Translations under genes and position numbers: made by a program
The notes under the pieces: generated by a model
The model's input: the letters and a program-made list of their open reading frames with translations, nothing else
The model's database searches: none
Told to the model about the DNA's origin: nothing
In this document: positions 1 to 9,617 of the stretch, piece after piece
How the letters are laid out: each line of letters opens with the position of its first letter
Position numbering within the stretch: position 1 is the stretch's first letter
Origin: a virus
Taxonomy: Duplodnaviria > Caudoviricetes
Length of the DNA: 56,386 bases
IMG/VR virus record: IMGVR_UViG_3300025117_000077
Location: 1 to 56,386 of that record
Direction: 5' to 3' (one strand)

Positions 1-4
1 CCTT

Positions 5-130
5 GTGGCATGGAATCAGCCCTTGAGACTCTTGTGGCCCAACCAGTTCTCCAGGGCCTATTGAAATTATCACAAGGCTATGGTGCGGAAGGTGTCGCCT
101 CGAGCATTGTCAATATAGCGACTGAAGTCC
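5..130 (+). repeat. Terminal direct repeat, left copy (126 bp)
   Basis: gtggcatggaatcagcc...gactgaagtcc is identical to 56261-56386, indicating a circular assembly overlap. Confidence 0.95.
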
Positions 131-732
131 CTGCCAGTTTTACCCCAACCCTCTTAAATCAGATACGGCAGATAACGGACAACACTAAACGGTCCATCTA
201 TGATCCTGACATGATGGCTGTTACGATTAACAAAATGACCAATAAAATTCCTGGCCTTGCCGGATATCTTCCAGAAACTTACGATACCTTGGGGTACAAA
301 AAAGAGGTTTATCCTCAAAAGGGAAACAATCCCTTTAATGTTATGCTGAATCCTGGGTTTGTTAGTAAATTTTTACCGACCACTGGGGATAGCAAGGTTA
401 TGCGGGTATATGAAAAAACGGGAAGCACAAAGGCATTTCCAAGAGAAGTAGGGAAAGTAATCGGTATTCCTGTTTTAAAGGGCAAAATGCAAGATACTTT
501 ACAGGTCGAATTGACTGCCAAAGAATATATTTCTTTACAAAAAAATGTAGGGAAAATAACTCGCCAAATGTTCTCTAAAATACCAGACGATATGCCAGTT
601 GAAGCACAAGAAATGATAATGGTAAGTATGCTGACTTATGCTGGCATTATGGGAAGGCAGGCTATCATTCCGAGTATAAAGACGAGGCTAAAAGACCAAT
701 TAAAACAGGAACAAATTATTCTTTTAAAATAG
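10..732 (+). CDS. C-terminal 240 aa of the giant virion protein that starts at 52798 (not a separate gene)
   Basis: ATG at 10 corresponds to 56266, which is in frame with the unbroken ORF from 52798. Confidence 0.85.
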   Translation: MESALETLVAQPVLQGLLKLSQGYGAEGVASSIVNIATEVPASFTPTLLNQIRQITDNTKRSIYDPDMMAVTINKMTNKIPGLAGYLPETYDTLGYKKEVYPQKGNNPFNVMLNPGFVSKFLPTTGDSKVMRVYEKTGSTKAFPREVGKVIGIPVLKGKMQDTLQVELTAKEYISLQKNVGKITRQMFSKIPDDMPVEAQEMIMVSMLTYAGIMGRQAIIPSIKTRLKDQLKQEQIILLK

Positions 733-743
733 GAGGCCAGCCA

Positions 744-1160
744 ATGAAGAAAAGAATGTTAATCTCAACCTTAGTCCTGATGTTCGTCCTGTCTTTCGGA
801 GTGCTTCAGGTGAATGCACAACAGGCCGTTTTTGCCATTGATGGGGAGCCTAAGTATGAAGGGACTATCTCGGATACGACCGCATCGGTTGGCTTTAGTT
901 CGTCTTATTTAACCTATACCGATCCGGGATCTGGCAGGGTTATGCAGCCTAAATCTGTCCTGTTTATAGCGGAAACCGCAACTATTACCTTCACGGTTGC
1001 CGGGACAACTCCTACGGTTGCCGCAGGAACCAATGCGGGGGTACAGATGACCGCAGGGCAGAGTTGGGTAATTAAAGGGGCCACGGCTATAAGGGCCTTC
1101 AGGTGTATCAACACAGTCGCTTCTTCGGGGGCTAAGGTTAAATATATTGTAATGTTTTAA
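744..1160 (+). CDS. Putative exported/virion protein with Sec-type signal peptide
   Basis: SD aggagg; N-terminus MKKRMLISTLVLMFVLSFGVLQVNA|QQ; Thr/Ala-rich, beta-rich body. Confidence 0.7.
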   Translation: MKKRMLISTLVLMFVLSFGVLQVNAQQAVFAIDGEPKYEGTISDTTASVGFSSSYLTYTDPGSGRVMQPKSVLFIAETATITFTVAGTTPTVAAGTNAGVQMTAGQSWVIKGATAIRAFRCINTVASSGAKVKYIVMF

Positions 1161-1189
1161 AACGATAACAACCTTTAAGGAGTATAGAG

Positions 1190-2455
1190 ATGAAACGATT
1201 ATCTATTCTGGTTTGCCTTCTGTTCTTGTTGGGTGGTACGGCCTACGCTCAGTTGGGCGGGTCTGGTATTTCCGGTGGAGGTGGGACTACCACCGTAGCC
1301 ACAGACACCCTATGGGACGCCGCCGGGGATTTAGCATATGGGACCGGGGCGAACACAGGCGGGAGATTAGCCAAAGGGACCGGGTATCAGATTTTGACGA
1401 TGAAAAGTGATGCCAGTATGTTTGAGTGGTCCTCAACCCTTACCCTGTCTGCCTTTGACATGACCTCCGGAACCTCCTCGGTCCCCTGGCCGGTGGGAAC
1501 AGCAGCCGCACCTACGACCGAAGGACAGGCGTACTGGAACAGCACAACGGACACCTTTACTATAGGGACCGGGACTGTTGCGCAGGCATTTCAGGTTTAT
1601 GATGCCGACCTGACCACTTATGCCGGGATCACCCCGAGTGCCAATGTTCAAAGCCTCCTGGGGGCCGCCGATTATCCGGCCATGAAAGTCTTGTTGGACT
1701 TGGAAATAGGGACGGATGTTCAGGCCTATGATGCCCAACTTGACACCCTGTCTACTGGTGGCGCGAACAATACCCTGTTCGGAATCAACGGGGCAGGCGA
1801 ATACGGTTACTATGCCAACCACTCCCACGACGATTCAGCGGCACAGTTTACGAGTGCCACGGCCTCCAAGGGAACAATGAAGAACGTCCAATCGTCTATT
1901 TCTGACGGCGTTCTCTTATCGAATACCCCTGTCGTGACCGGGAATGCCACGATTACGACTCCGTCCCTGGCGGAAGGAACCTATACTCAAGTCTTTGCTG
2001 AAACAGCGAATACCATTGGAAACGGAGGGACCACCAACCAAAAGCTGGTCATTCGGGAAGATACGACCGATGGAGCCTGGACCGGAATAGGGCTATATCG
2101 GACCTGCTTAGCGGCCACAGCCATAGGCGCTCCCGTTTATATCGACAGCGCCGGGAAAGCGGTAGCGGCCAATGCGGCGGCAGCGGCTACCATGCCAGCC
2201 ATAGGGATCAATGTCACGACCACAGCGGAAGCCAATCAGCCTTGCTATATCGTCACCCACGGCACAGTCACTCAAGATACTTGGACCTGGACAGCGGGAA
2301 ACACAATCTACGTTGACGATTCAGCGGCGGGGGTCTTAACGGCCACAATCGGTGATGTTTCCGGAACTGACCATGTGGTTCAGATAATCGGAATCGCTTT
2401 GTCGGACGACACTATTTTGGTTCAGCCAACCTTAGCCACGATTACCCTGGAGTAA
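1190..2455 (+). CDS. Putative fibre protein with signal peptide and C-terminal capsid-cement (DUF2190-like) domain
   Basis: MKRLSILVCLLFLLGGTAYA|Q; GTDVQAYDA fibre motif; C-terminal GAPVYID..AIGI..GTV..WTWTAG..IY pattern. Confidence 0.6.
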   Translation: MKRLSILVCLLFLLGGTAYAQLGGSGISGGGGTTTVATDTLWDAAGDLAYGTGANTGGRLAKGTGYQILTMKSDASMFEWSSTLTLSAFDMTSGTSSVPWPVGTAAAPTTEGQAYWNSTTDTFTIGTGTVAQAFQVYDADLTTYAGITPSANVQSLLGAADYPAMKVLLDLEIGTDVQAYDAQLDTLSTGGANNTLFGINGAGEYGYYANHSHDDSAAQFTSATASKGTMKNVQSSISDGVLLSNTPVVTGNATITTPSLAEGTYTQVFAETANTIGNGGTTNQKLVIREDTTDGAWTGIGLYRTCLAATAIGAPVYIDSAGKAVAANAAAAATMPAIGINVTTTAEANQPCYIVTHGTVTQDTWTWTAGNTIYVDDSAAGVLTATIGDVSGTDHVVQIIGIALSDDTILVQPTLATITLE

Positions 2456-2458
2456 GCC

Positions 2459-3250
2459 ATGAGAAAATATTTATTACTTTTTCTCCTTCTACTGATCCCC
2501 TCGATCTGCTTTCCGGCTTCAGAGAATAAGACCATCATGGGGGTAGCCGATTCATCGGTTAAAACAGTCTTTGGAATAGCCACAGCCTCAGTTAAAAACT
2601 GTTTCGGGATTGACTGGAATGATGGGGATGGGGCCGACTCCTGCACCGGCTCCCTGCTCTTGTCCTGGCATGCAGAGGATGCCAATGTGGGGACCGGAAC
2701 CCCTGTAGGCTGTAATTCAGACGCCGACAAGGAGTTTACTTTTGCAGGCAGTTCGGCGGTGTCCACAACTCAAAAAGGGGATGGAACTTACTCGTACCTG
2801 AGAGCAGATTCAGGAGACACGGCGACCATAACCATCTCTTCTGCATCCGCTTCACAGGGGAAAGTGTCGTTCTGGATTTATAGCGGAGATGTTTCGGCAG
2901 ACAATCTTTACATTGCCGAATTGAATTATGACGCTGATGATTTTTTTCGAGTGTATAAAAGCTCAACCAATGCAATCACGGCTATTTATTACTATGGTGG
3001 ATCGTATCGGACGGTTGTAACCAGTGCCTTGACTGCCAACACCGCTTATAATTGTTCGGCCTATTACAGCACAGCAGGATCGCCCTATCTACACGTTGAG
3101 TGTGATGGAGGTATCACGGCGGGGAACCAGACCAACAGCGTATCGGCCATGACCGGCGCACCAACCTCTTTAATTGTCGGTGGCGGAACCAATGCCGCAG
3201 ATGACGCCTATATCGACTTAGTGAAGGTGTACAATGTCTATAATCCGTAA
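2459..3250 (+). CDS. Signal-peptide protein with LamG/ConA-like jelly-roll domain (putative receptor binding)
   Basis: Hydrophobic leader; GKVSFWIY...LIVGG...YIDLVKVYN resembles the LamG-like signature. Confidence 0.55.
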   Translation: MRKYLLLFLLLLIPSICFPASENKTIMGVADSSVKTVFGIATASVKNCFGIDWNDGDGADSCTGSLLLSWHAEDANVGTGTPVGCNSDADKEFTFAGSSAVSTTQKGDGTYSYLRADSGDTATITISSASASQGKVSFWIYSGDVSADNLYIAELNYDADDFFRVYKSSTNAITAIYYYGGSYRTVVTSALTANTAYNCSAYYSTAGSPYLHVECDGGITAGNQTNSVSAMTGAPTSLIVGGGTNAADDAYIDLVKVYNVYNP

Positions 3251-5210
3251 AATTCTACCAGCTTTAATTCTTTGTTTGTTTCTGGTGTCACCGGCCTTTT
3301 CCGCACCTACGAATTGGTATGTTAGAGATTGTGATGGGGATTCCTCATGCGGAACGGCAGCGGGTACGTCATGGACAAACCCGTTTGACCAATTAACCAG
3401 TGCCGAAACCGCCGCTGCCCGAGGGGATACTATTTATGTAGCCGATGGAACTTATACCGGGGCAACCCTCAACACGGCCGTTTTAAACGAACTTTATATT
3501 TATATTAAAAAAGCAACAGCCTCAGACTATGGAGGAGGGGCCGGTTGGGATAATGCCTATGGAAACGGACAGGCAGTTTTTACCAGCAGACTTAGTATTT
3601 ATACCGCATATTGGGATATTGACGGGATTACAGGGTCAGGAAACTCTGGGCATGGGTTTAAAATAATAAACAGCGCTATTTATGGGGGGATTTCCTCATA
3701 TTTGCCTCAATCAACCAAACATCATATTCGGCTAAAGCATATCGAATTTGCGGGAAGCGGAGGAACCTATAAGGACCTCGGCATCTATTTGTCCATATCC
3801 ACAGCGGTCGCCTCTTACGCAGATCCAAACCTGCTGATTGAAAGCTGTTATTTTTATGACCACGGAGGGGGCCATCTAGCAGGATATGGTGGAAATTATA
3901 TTGTAATTAGAAACAGTTATTTCACGGATTGCTGCCAATATAATGACCCCAACCACAAAGAAATGATTAAGGAGAATGTCGGCTCTGATTACTGGTGGAT
4001 TCACAATAATGTTTTTAAGGATTGGCGGGGGTATTCTGTCACTGGCGGAATCATTCTAGCTGGCGGGAACAGCCATTGGTATATTTATAGTAATTTATTT
4101 TATTATACCGCCCAGACTTTAAGTGGGGGAAATAGAGTAATAGGCGGTTTGGATAGTTCTGCTGAAAACCACGACAATGTAAAAGTCTTTAATAACACCT
4201 TTTATAATATCAATCAGACTGGTGGAGCCAACGTCCTGTCCACCTTTGGAATCTGGACTGATGGAAGCAACGAAGTATATAACAATCTCTGGGTTTCGTG
4301 TACCGGCCTGAGTGGAGTAGGGAATAAAACAGGGATCACGGCGAATCACAACGCTTTCTATTCGACGCCGAATTATACAACGAGAGTGGAAGGTGATGTG
4401 AGTTTAGACGCCGACCCTCTCACCAATTCAGCCGGATATGACTTCACTGTTGGGACCGATGGGCTGATTAACTCAGGGACTGATTTATCGGCCTACGACC
4501 TTTTCACAACGGATTTTGTCGGGAATCCCTGGTCAACCTGGGGGATGGGAGCTTATGTCTACGCGGGTGAACCCGCCCCAGATGTCACCGCACCAACCAT
4601 TTCTTCGGCCACGATAAACACAGATGGGGACTTGTTGACCATCGTCTTATCGGAGGCTTTGGAACTCAATAATAATTCCGGCTTTACCCTCACGATGTCG
4701 AAAGGGGCCGCCGGACTATCTTATTTTGGCAGTTCTGGAAACAACACCCTTATTTACGCAATCACAACAAGAAATATCGACAGCGAAGAAACGGGAACCC
4801 TGGATTATGTAACCGTCGCCAATGGGATTGAAGACCTGGCCGGGAACGATTTGGCCTCAACCGGCGAGTCAGACATCAACGTAACAAACAGTTCGACCTA
4901 TCCTCCCCCAACAGAGACCGTCTATACCATAACCCCGACCTTTGGGGGTGGATGCACGATTGCGCCTTATGTGGCTTTTACCGTTGTATCCGGGGGTACA
5001 GCCCAATTCACCTGCACACCGGACGACAATTATCAATGCGTGGCCTGGACCGGAACCTGTGGAGGAAGCGGAACCACAACCCTGACGACCTCGGCCATTA
5101 CCGCAGACTGTACGGTAATCCAACCCTGTCTTAAAAAAGCCTCAGATCATTCGGTCGGGAGCGGACCAGCCATAACGGTGGGGAGTGGACCGGCTATTTC
5201 GGTTTATTAA
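3234..5210 (+). CDS. Signal-peptide parallel beta-helix (pectin-lyase-like/depolymerase) protein with Ig-like and Cys-rich C-terminal modules
   Basis: Leader ...VSPAFS|A; GDTIYVADGTY; repeated IxNxxF/NNxF beta-helix turns; C-terminal CTPDDNYQCVAWTGTC module resembling InlB B-repeats. Confidence 0.65.
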   Translation: MSIIRKILPALILCLFLVSPAFSAPTNWYVRDCDGDSSCGTAAGTSWTNPFDQLTSAETAAARGDTIYVADGTYTGATLNTAVLNELYIYIKKATASDYGGGAGWDNAYGNGQAVFTSRLSIYTAYWDIDGITGSGNSGHGFKIINSAIYGGISSYLPQSTKHHIRLKHIEFAGSGGTYKDLGIYLSISTAVASYADPNLLIESCYFYDHGGGHLAGYGGNYIVIRNSYFTDCCQYNDPNHKEMIKENVGSDYWWIHNNVFKDWRGYSVTGGIILAGGNSHWYIYSNLFYYTAQTLSGGNRVIGGLDSSAENHDNVKVFNNTFYNINQTGGANVLSTFGIWTDGSNEVYNNLWVSCTGLSGVGNKTGITANHNAFYSTPNYTTRVEGDVSLDADPLTNSAGYDFTVGTDGLINSGTDLSAYDLFTTDFVGNPWSTWGMGAYVYAGEPAPDVTAPTISSATINTDGDLLTIVLSEALELNNNSGFTLTMSKGAAGLSYFGSSGNNTLIYAITTRNIDSEETGTLDYVTVANGIEDLAGNDLASTGESDINVTNSSTYPPPTETVYTITPTFGGGCTIAPYVAFTVVSGGTAQFTCTPDDNYQCVAWTGTCGGSGTTTLTTSAITADCTVIQPCLKKASDHSVGSGPAITVGSGPAISVY

Positions 5211-5220
5211 AGGAGAGAGC

Positions 5221-5553
5221 ATGAGACGATTATTTGCAGTTTTACTTTTGGTTTTAATCTGGACCTTAATCCATACTTTTGCTATCGGGGCCGATGTTCC
5301 TTTGTCCTGGGACGCTGTACCAAACGCCACGAGCTACAAAATTCAAATGTCAACCGACATGGGCCTGACCTGGGCGCAGGAAAGACCGGCCACGGGAACC
5401 TCGCTTGTCTGGATAGGCGCACCGGATAATGGCTTACTCCTGTTTCGTGGTGTCGCTATCGGGCCACAGGGTGAAGCCATCAGGGTGGATGCCGGGGGAT
5501 GGTATAACGGGTCATGGTCCCTTAATTTTGTAAAGAAAATGGGAGTGCAGTAA
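5221..5553 (+). CDS. Small exported fibronectin type III-like protein
   Basis: SD aaggag; MRRLFAVLLLVLIWTLIHTFAIG|AD; LSWDAVPNATSYKI FN3 motif. Start moved from 5185. Confidence 0.6.
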   Translation: MRRLFAVLLLVLIWTLIHTFAIGADVPLSWDAVPNATSYKIQMSTDMGLTWAQERPATGTSLVWIGAPDNGLLLFRGVAIGPQGEAIRVDAGGWYNGSWSLNFVKKMGVQ

Positions 5554-6243
5554 ATGAAAAAGCTATTTTTAATACTACTGTTTGTTTTGTCTATGGCTAC
5601 GGCGGGAATGGCCTGGGCCATAGGAACCGAGAACCTTGCAGTTAATGTCTTAGACGCTCAGGGGTTGGTTAAGGAAATTGATGGTCAAGTCGCCTTGTCT
5701 TTTTATGATGAATATAAAGTGCGGCTGGTTAATCACAATGACCGAAAAGCCACCGCCAAGGTATTTATTGACGGAGTGCCAGTGTCAAAGCTCGGAGACA
5801 TCATTATACCGGCGAACGGAAAGGTCGACCTCGAAAGATTTTTAACTCATTCCTTAACTGAAGGGGCAAGGTTTAAATTTGTTCCCTTGTCGGATAAGCG
5901 GGTTGACGATCCGGGAAGAGAAGAAAACGGGCTGGTTCGGGTTGAGTTTAAATTAGAGAGGAAGCCGATCAGGATTGAAATTGATCCTCAAATAATTACT
6001 ATTGATGGTTGGGGGAATACCTACACGGTTACGACAGCAAATAACACAATCCCCTGCGATTCAACCTTTGTCCATGATTCGGTTTCAACAACCTTAACTT
6101 CGGCCTCCCTGGAAAGCGGGGCCACGATCGGCGGGGGAAAGTCTGACCAGAAATTCCAGTATGCTCATGTTGATTTAGAGGACAAGGTTATCGTTTTGGA
6201 ACTGAAGCTTAAGGGCTATAGTCGGTATGGGTGGTTAAAATGA
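5554..6243 (+). CDS. Hypothetical exported protein
   Basis: MKKLFLILLFVLSMATAGMAWA|IG leader; coupled to neighbouring genes. Confidence 0.65.
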   Translation: MKKLFLILLFVLSMATAGMAWAIGTENLAVNVLDAQGLVKEIDGQVALSFYDEYKVRLVNHNDRKATAKVFIDGVPVSKLGDIIIPANGKVDLERFLTHSLTEGARFKFVPLSDKRVDDPGREENGLVRVEFKLERKPIRIEIDPQIITIDGWGNTYTVTTANNTIPCDSTFVHDSVSTTLTSASLESGATIGGGKSDQKFQYAHVDLEDKVIVLELKLKGYSRYGWLK

Positions 6244-6818
6244 GAAAGCTTCTTATCGCCTTACTGATCCTCTCCCTCGCCGGATGTCTGACCGGATGCC
6301 CCAAGGTTGACCTCAAGCCATATTGGGACGCTTTCCAGGCATGGAACGATGAGTATAACCAGCCTAAGCCTCCCGATCCGGTCCCTGACCCTATACCCAT
6401 TCCCGAGCCTATCCCTGACGTGCCCCCCAAGCCTCCCAACGGTGCTCAAATCGGGGGGCCACTGATCGTCTGTGACCTGGCTACCCTCCCCGAGCGAATG
6501 CGGGCTGATGGGATTCTGCTTGGTGATTCATCTATATGGTACGGGGTAGCTTGCGCCTGGGCTGGGCATGGGTGGAGCATGACGAATGAAGTTGTCCCTA
6601 TCTACGAGGCCAGGGACCGCATTCAGGTATGGTTTGAGGCCCTTATTCAACAAAGTGTCTTGAAGCTCAGAGACAACCCTACCTGGACAGCCACGGCCAT
6701 TGCCAACGATGGGCGGGACCGATGCGGTTTTATTATTGGACCGGCCATTATGGAGAGGTTCAAAGAGTTTGGGGATAGGGTTCAACCTGGAACCTGGGTT
6801 CCGGAAAGTGAGTATTGA
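6240..6818 (+). CDS. Proline-rich lipoprotein
   Basis: MRKLLIALLILSLAG|C lipobox; PDPVPDPIPIPEPIPDVPP linker. Confidence 0.65.
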   Translation: MRKLLIALLILSLAGCLTGCPKVDLKPYWDAFQAWNDEYNQPKPPDPVPDPIPIPEPIPDVPPKPPNGAQIGGPLIVCDLATLPERMRADGILLGDSSIWYGVACAWAGHGWSMTNEVVPIYEARDRIQVWFEALIQQSVLKLRDNPTWTATAIANDGRDRCGFIIGPAIMERFKEFGDRVQPGTWVPESEY

Positions 6819-6819
6819 G

Positions 6820-6972
6820 ATGAAAAGATTATGGATTAACATATCTTCCTTTATAGAAACCATCTACGATATTTACAAATACGGTATTGATGAAGCCTTA
6901 AGAAGGGCAAGACAAGAATATTATGAAGCCAGAATGAAACATTTTGAGTTAACCGGAAAGGCATTAAAATGA
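6820..6972 (+). CDS. Small hypothetical protein
   Basis: ATG directly after the previous stop; its stop overlaps the next start. Confidence 0.5.
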   Translation: MKRLWINISSFIETIYDIYKYGIDEALRRARQEYYEARMKHFELTGKALK

Positions 6973-7046
6973 AAACATTATTGATTTTACTCCTTATGGC
7001 ATATTTGCTGTCGGGTTGTTACGCTGATATTTGGTGGATGCCATAA
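6969..7046 (+). CDS. Tiny lipoprotein (25 aa), absent from the ORF track
   Basis: MKTLLILLLMAYLLSG|CYADIWWMP; ATGA overlap upstream, TAA directly followed by ATG 7047. Confidence 0.5.
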   Translation: MKTLLILLLMAYLLSGCYADIWWMP

Positions 7047-7583
7047 ATGGACCTCTTTGACGTAGGCATCTTAGAGACAAACGATCATTTTGACCCCATG
7101 AGCCGGATCATTAACCAGCGCACTTCTACCTGGCTGACCCATGCGATTTTGTTTAAGGACGAAAAGGGGAATGCCTGGGACCCAAGGCCGGGTGGAATCC
7201 TTGATGGCCACATATCCGATTATGCGGGGCGCCGGATCAGCATTCTCCGGTTTGAGGGATTGTATGACCGGGTAACGGCCCTGGCTTGGATGAACAAGAC
7301 CCAAAAGAAGTGTAAGGGGTATGATTTTAAAGCCCTCTTGGGCTTTCTGACAGGCAATGAATCCTGGGAGAGTAAACACTACTGGTATTGTTCCGAGGTT
7401 CCTTACTGGCTATTCCAGGAACAGCACAACCTACTCACTCGAGTCGACATGACCTTTATTTACCCGAGCTTCTTTTACTTCCATCGGGGATTTGAGCTTG
7501 TTGACGAATTTGTCATCCCCGGAAAGCCGACAGAAAAACCGATTGAGTTTGACTTTAACCAGTTGGTGGTGGGGAGTCCGTGA
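7047..7583 (+). CDS. Permuted papain-like NlpC/P60 (YiiX/YebB-type) amidase/peptidase
   Basis: His motif THAILF precedes YDF and the WYCSE catalytic Cys. Confidence 0.7.
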   Translation: MDLFDVGILETNDHFDPMSRIINQRTSTWLTHAILFKDEKGNAWDPRPGGILDGHISDYAGRRISILRFEGLYDRVTALAWMNKTQKKCKGYDFKALLGFLTGNESWESKHYWYCSEVPYWLFQEQHNLLTRVDMTFIYPSFFYFHRGFELVDEFVIPGKPTEKPIEFDFNQLVVGSP

Positions 7584-7718
7584 CCTGCTGTAAATGCGGC
7601 CAGCCAATGTTCCCCGGGGAGCCTCACTTTTGCCCTGGTGATGGTTCGCCGGCGATTGGCTGGAAAATAGACCTCTTGGCCTTGTGGTCAAGATGGCAAA
7701 GAAAGGATGTGAAGCAAA

Positions 7719-8081
7719 ATGGATTGGACAACAATAGCAACTCCGATACTTCAGGCGTTAAGTGGGATACTGGCAACGGTCATAACGGCCTTCCTGGTAA
7801 AATTCTTAAAGGATAAAACCGGGATTGCCCTGGATCAAAATCAGCAGAAGCAGGCGAAGGAGATCGTTCTGGGGATTGAAGAGCGAGCCATTGCCCTTTT
7901 AAAGAAGGATAAGGATAATAAAATTCCTGGATCGGTTAAGCACGCCGACGCTGTTAAACAGCTTGAGACGGTGGCCGGCATTTCAAAACCGGAGGCGGTT
8001 TCCCAGATCGACCGGGCGGTCGGTAGCCTGCCCAATGTGGGGGCCTTGGTAGTGGGGTCGCCTTTAATCTCTCAACCGTAA
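7719..8081 (+). CDS. Putative holin (single N-terminal TM, LL-H-like)
   Basis: N-terminal TM, basic region, position in the lysis block. Confidence 0.5.
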   Translation: MDWTTIATPILQALSGILATVITAFLVKFLKDKTGIALDQNQQKQAKEIVLGIEERAIALLKKDKDNKIPGSVKHADAVKQLETVAGISKPEAVSQIDRAVGSLPNVGALVVGSPLISQP

Positions 8082-8092
8082 AGGATTAGACA

Positions 8093-8293
8093 ATGAGCAT
8101 AATCGGATTAATCGTGGTGTTGATAGTAGTTGGTGTCCTTCTGTGGCTGGTTAACTCGTACATACCGATGGACGCCAAGATCAAGCAAATCCTCAACGTG
8201 GTGGTAATAATCCTGGTGGTCCTTTGGCTGCTGTCTCTGTTTATCGACTTCGGCGGGATCGGTTCAACAAGGATTGGCAGAATAAAACTATAG
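8093..8293 (+). CDS. Small two-TM membrane protein
   Basis: Two hydrophobic helices around YIPMDAKIKQIL. Confidence 0.65.
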   Translation: MSIIGLIVVLIVVGVLLWLVNSYIPMDAKIKQILNVVVIILVVLWLLSLFIDFGGIGSTRIGRIKL

Positions 8294-8302
8294 GCAACGC
8301 TA

Positions 8303-8662
8303 ATGGCTGAAGATAAAACCATTGAATCCATACCATGGAGATATTGCGAACTTAGGGCGGAGACTTGCGACAGAAAAATCTCCGACCTTGATAAATTATT
8401 GGTTCAAAGGGTGGACTCGGTTAAAACCGCTGTTGATATGGGGTTTACTTCAATGGAGAAAGCGTTGATCCTGGCAAGTAGACAGCAGGAAAAGCACGAT
8501 GCGGGAGTAAACGAATTTCAAAAAAGAATGGATAAATTAGAGGCGACCTTCGCCACAAAATCAGAAGTAGCAAAGGATCTTAAAGCCTCAAACCGAGTGC
8601 TTTTAATTGGGGCCGTGTTGATTGTAGTTTTAACGATTGTTTTGAACTATTTAAAATTATAA
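8303..8662 (+). CDS. Coiled-coil protein with C-terminal TM
   Basis: Helical body and C-terminal hydrophobic segment; lysis block. Confidence 0.55.
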   Translation: MAEDKTIESIPWRYCELRAETCDRKISDLDKLLVQRVDSVKTAVDMGFTSMEKALILASRQQEKHDAGVNEFQKRMDKLEATFATKSEVAKDLKASNRVLLIGAVLIVVLTIVLNYLKL

Positions 8663-8700
8663 AAAAGATTGGCAAAATAAATTTTAGGGGGTTCCCGTGA

Positions 8701-9024
8701 ATGACAATCAATCTGGAATTATGGAGCATCGTCGGAACTGTAGTTGCTACTTTAGTTGGTAAGTGGGTTTGGGACAGGTGGTTATCAGACTCCAGCCGAA
8801 TTAGCCAAAAAACCTGTGAACTGATACGGGCGAAGTGCCAACAGGAAATGCTCGGTAAAATGGGGCTACAAGAAAACCGCCTGGATGACGGAGACTCACT
8901 TTTTAAGTCAACCAGACATTATCAAAGGGCTGTTATCTTAACCCTGTTGCATATTTGCAATAAAATGGGAATTGACTGTGATCAAATTACTAAGGTCATG
9001 GTGGAGCAGGACATATTGCAATGA
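8701..9024 (+). CDS. Membrane protein, possible holin/antiholin
   Basis: N-terminal TM; overlaps the endolysin start. Confidence 0.5.
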   Translation: MTINLELWSIVGTVVATLVGKWVWDRWLSDSSRISQKTCELIRAKCQQEMLGKMGLQENRLDDGDSLFKSTRHYQRAVILTLLHICNKMGIDCDQITKVMVEQDILQ

Positions 9025-9434
9025 AATCCTCCTGGCCCAAAGCGATTGAGTTTGTCCTCCAGCATGAGGGGGGCTACTCGAATGATCCGGCAGATCCGGG
9101 TGGGGAAACCCATTGGGGTATCTCCAAGAGGGCATACCCAAAACTTGATATTAAAAACCTGACCCGCGAACAAGCCATTTCCATCTATTTTAACGACTAT
9201 TGGATTAAGTCAGGAGCCGATGAATTGTTTTACCCGATGGATATCATAGTCTTTGATTGCGCTGTCAATATGGGCCTCTCCAGGGCCAAGGTACTGCTTC
9301 AGGAGTCCTATGACTGGAAAGATTACCTTCTTAACCGGATAGCCCATTACAAGCGAATTGTGAAGCCCGAGACGGCTAAATTTTTCAAGGGATGGGTCAA
9401 CCGGGTACTTGACCTCTATATTTTGGTTAAATAG
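9021..9434 (+). CDS. Endolysin, glycoside hydrolase family 108
   Basis: HEGGYSNDPADPGGETHWGI; FDCAVNMG; C-terminal FFKGWVNRV. Confidence 0.9.
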   Translation: MKSSWPKAIEFVLQHEGGYSNDPADPGGETHWGISKRAYPKLDIKNLTREQAISIYFNDYWIKSGADELFYPMDIIVFDCAVNMGLSRAKVLLQESYDWKDYLLNRIAHYKRIVKPETAKFFKGWVNRVLDLYILVK

Positions 9435-9446
9435 GAGACTTTATGG

Positions 9447-9608
9447 ATGATCCATCGACTCTTAGACTGGATGTTCGGCTTGAAATGTCCCTTCTGCAAG
9501 AAGCGCACAGTCCGGGACGTACCGGGGTGTCAGATCGCCCTCCAGGAGTGCCGGGAGTGTAATATGCTCTGGATCAAGGCGCACTATGATAGGTATCGGG
9601 GGCGGTAA
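9447..9608 (+). CDS. Small Zn-ribbon protein, absent from the ORF track
   Basis: MIHRLLDWMFGLKCPFC...CRECNMLW..., two CxxC pairs; SD aggag. Confidence 0.45.
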   Translation: MIHRLLDWMFGLKCPFCKKRTVRDVPGCQIALQECRECNMLWIKAHYDRYRGR

Positions 9609-9617
9609 GGGGAATAC

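Noticed and set aside
5-130. Biological terminal repeat or attL/attR
   Set aside because: It lies mid-gene, has an assembler k-mer-like length, and no integrase is present; most likely a circular overlap.
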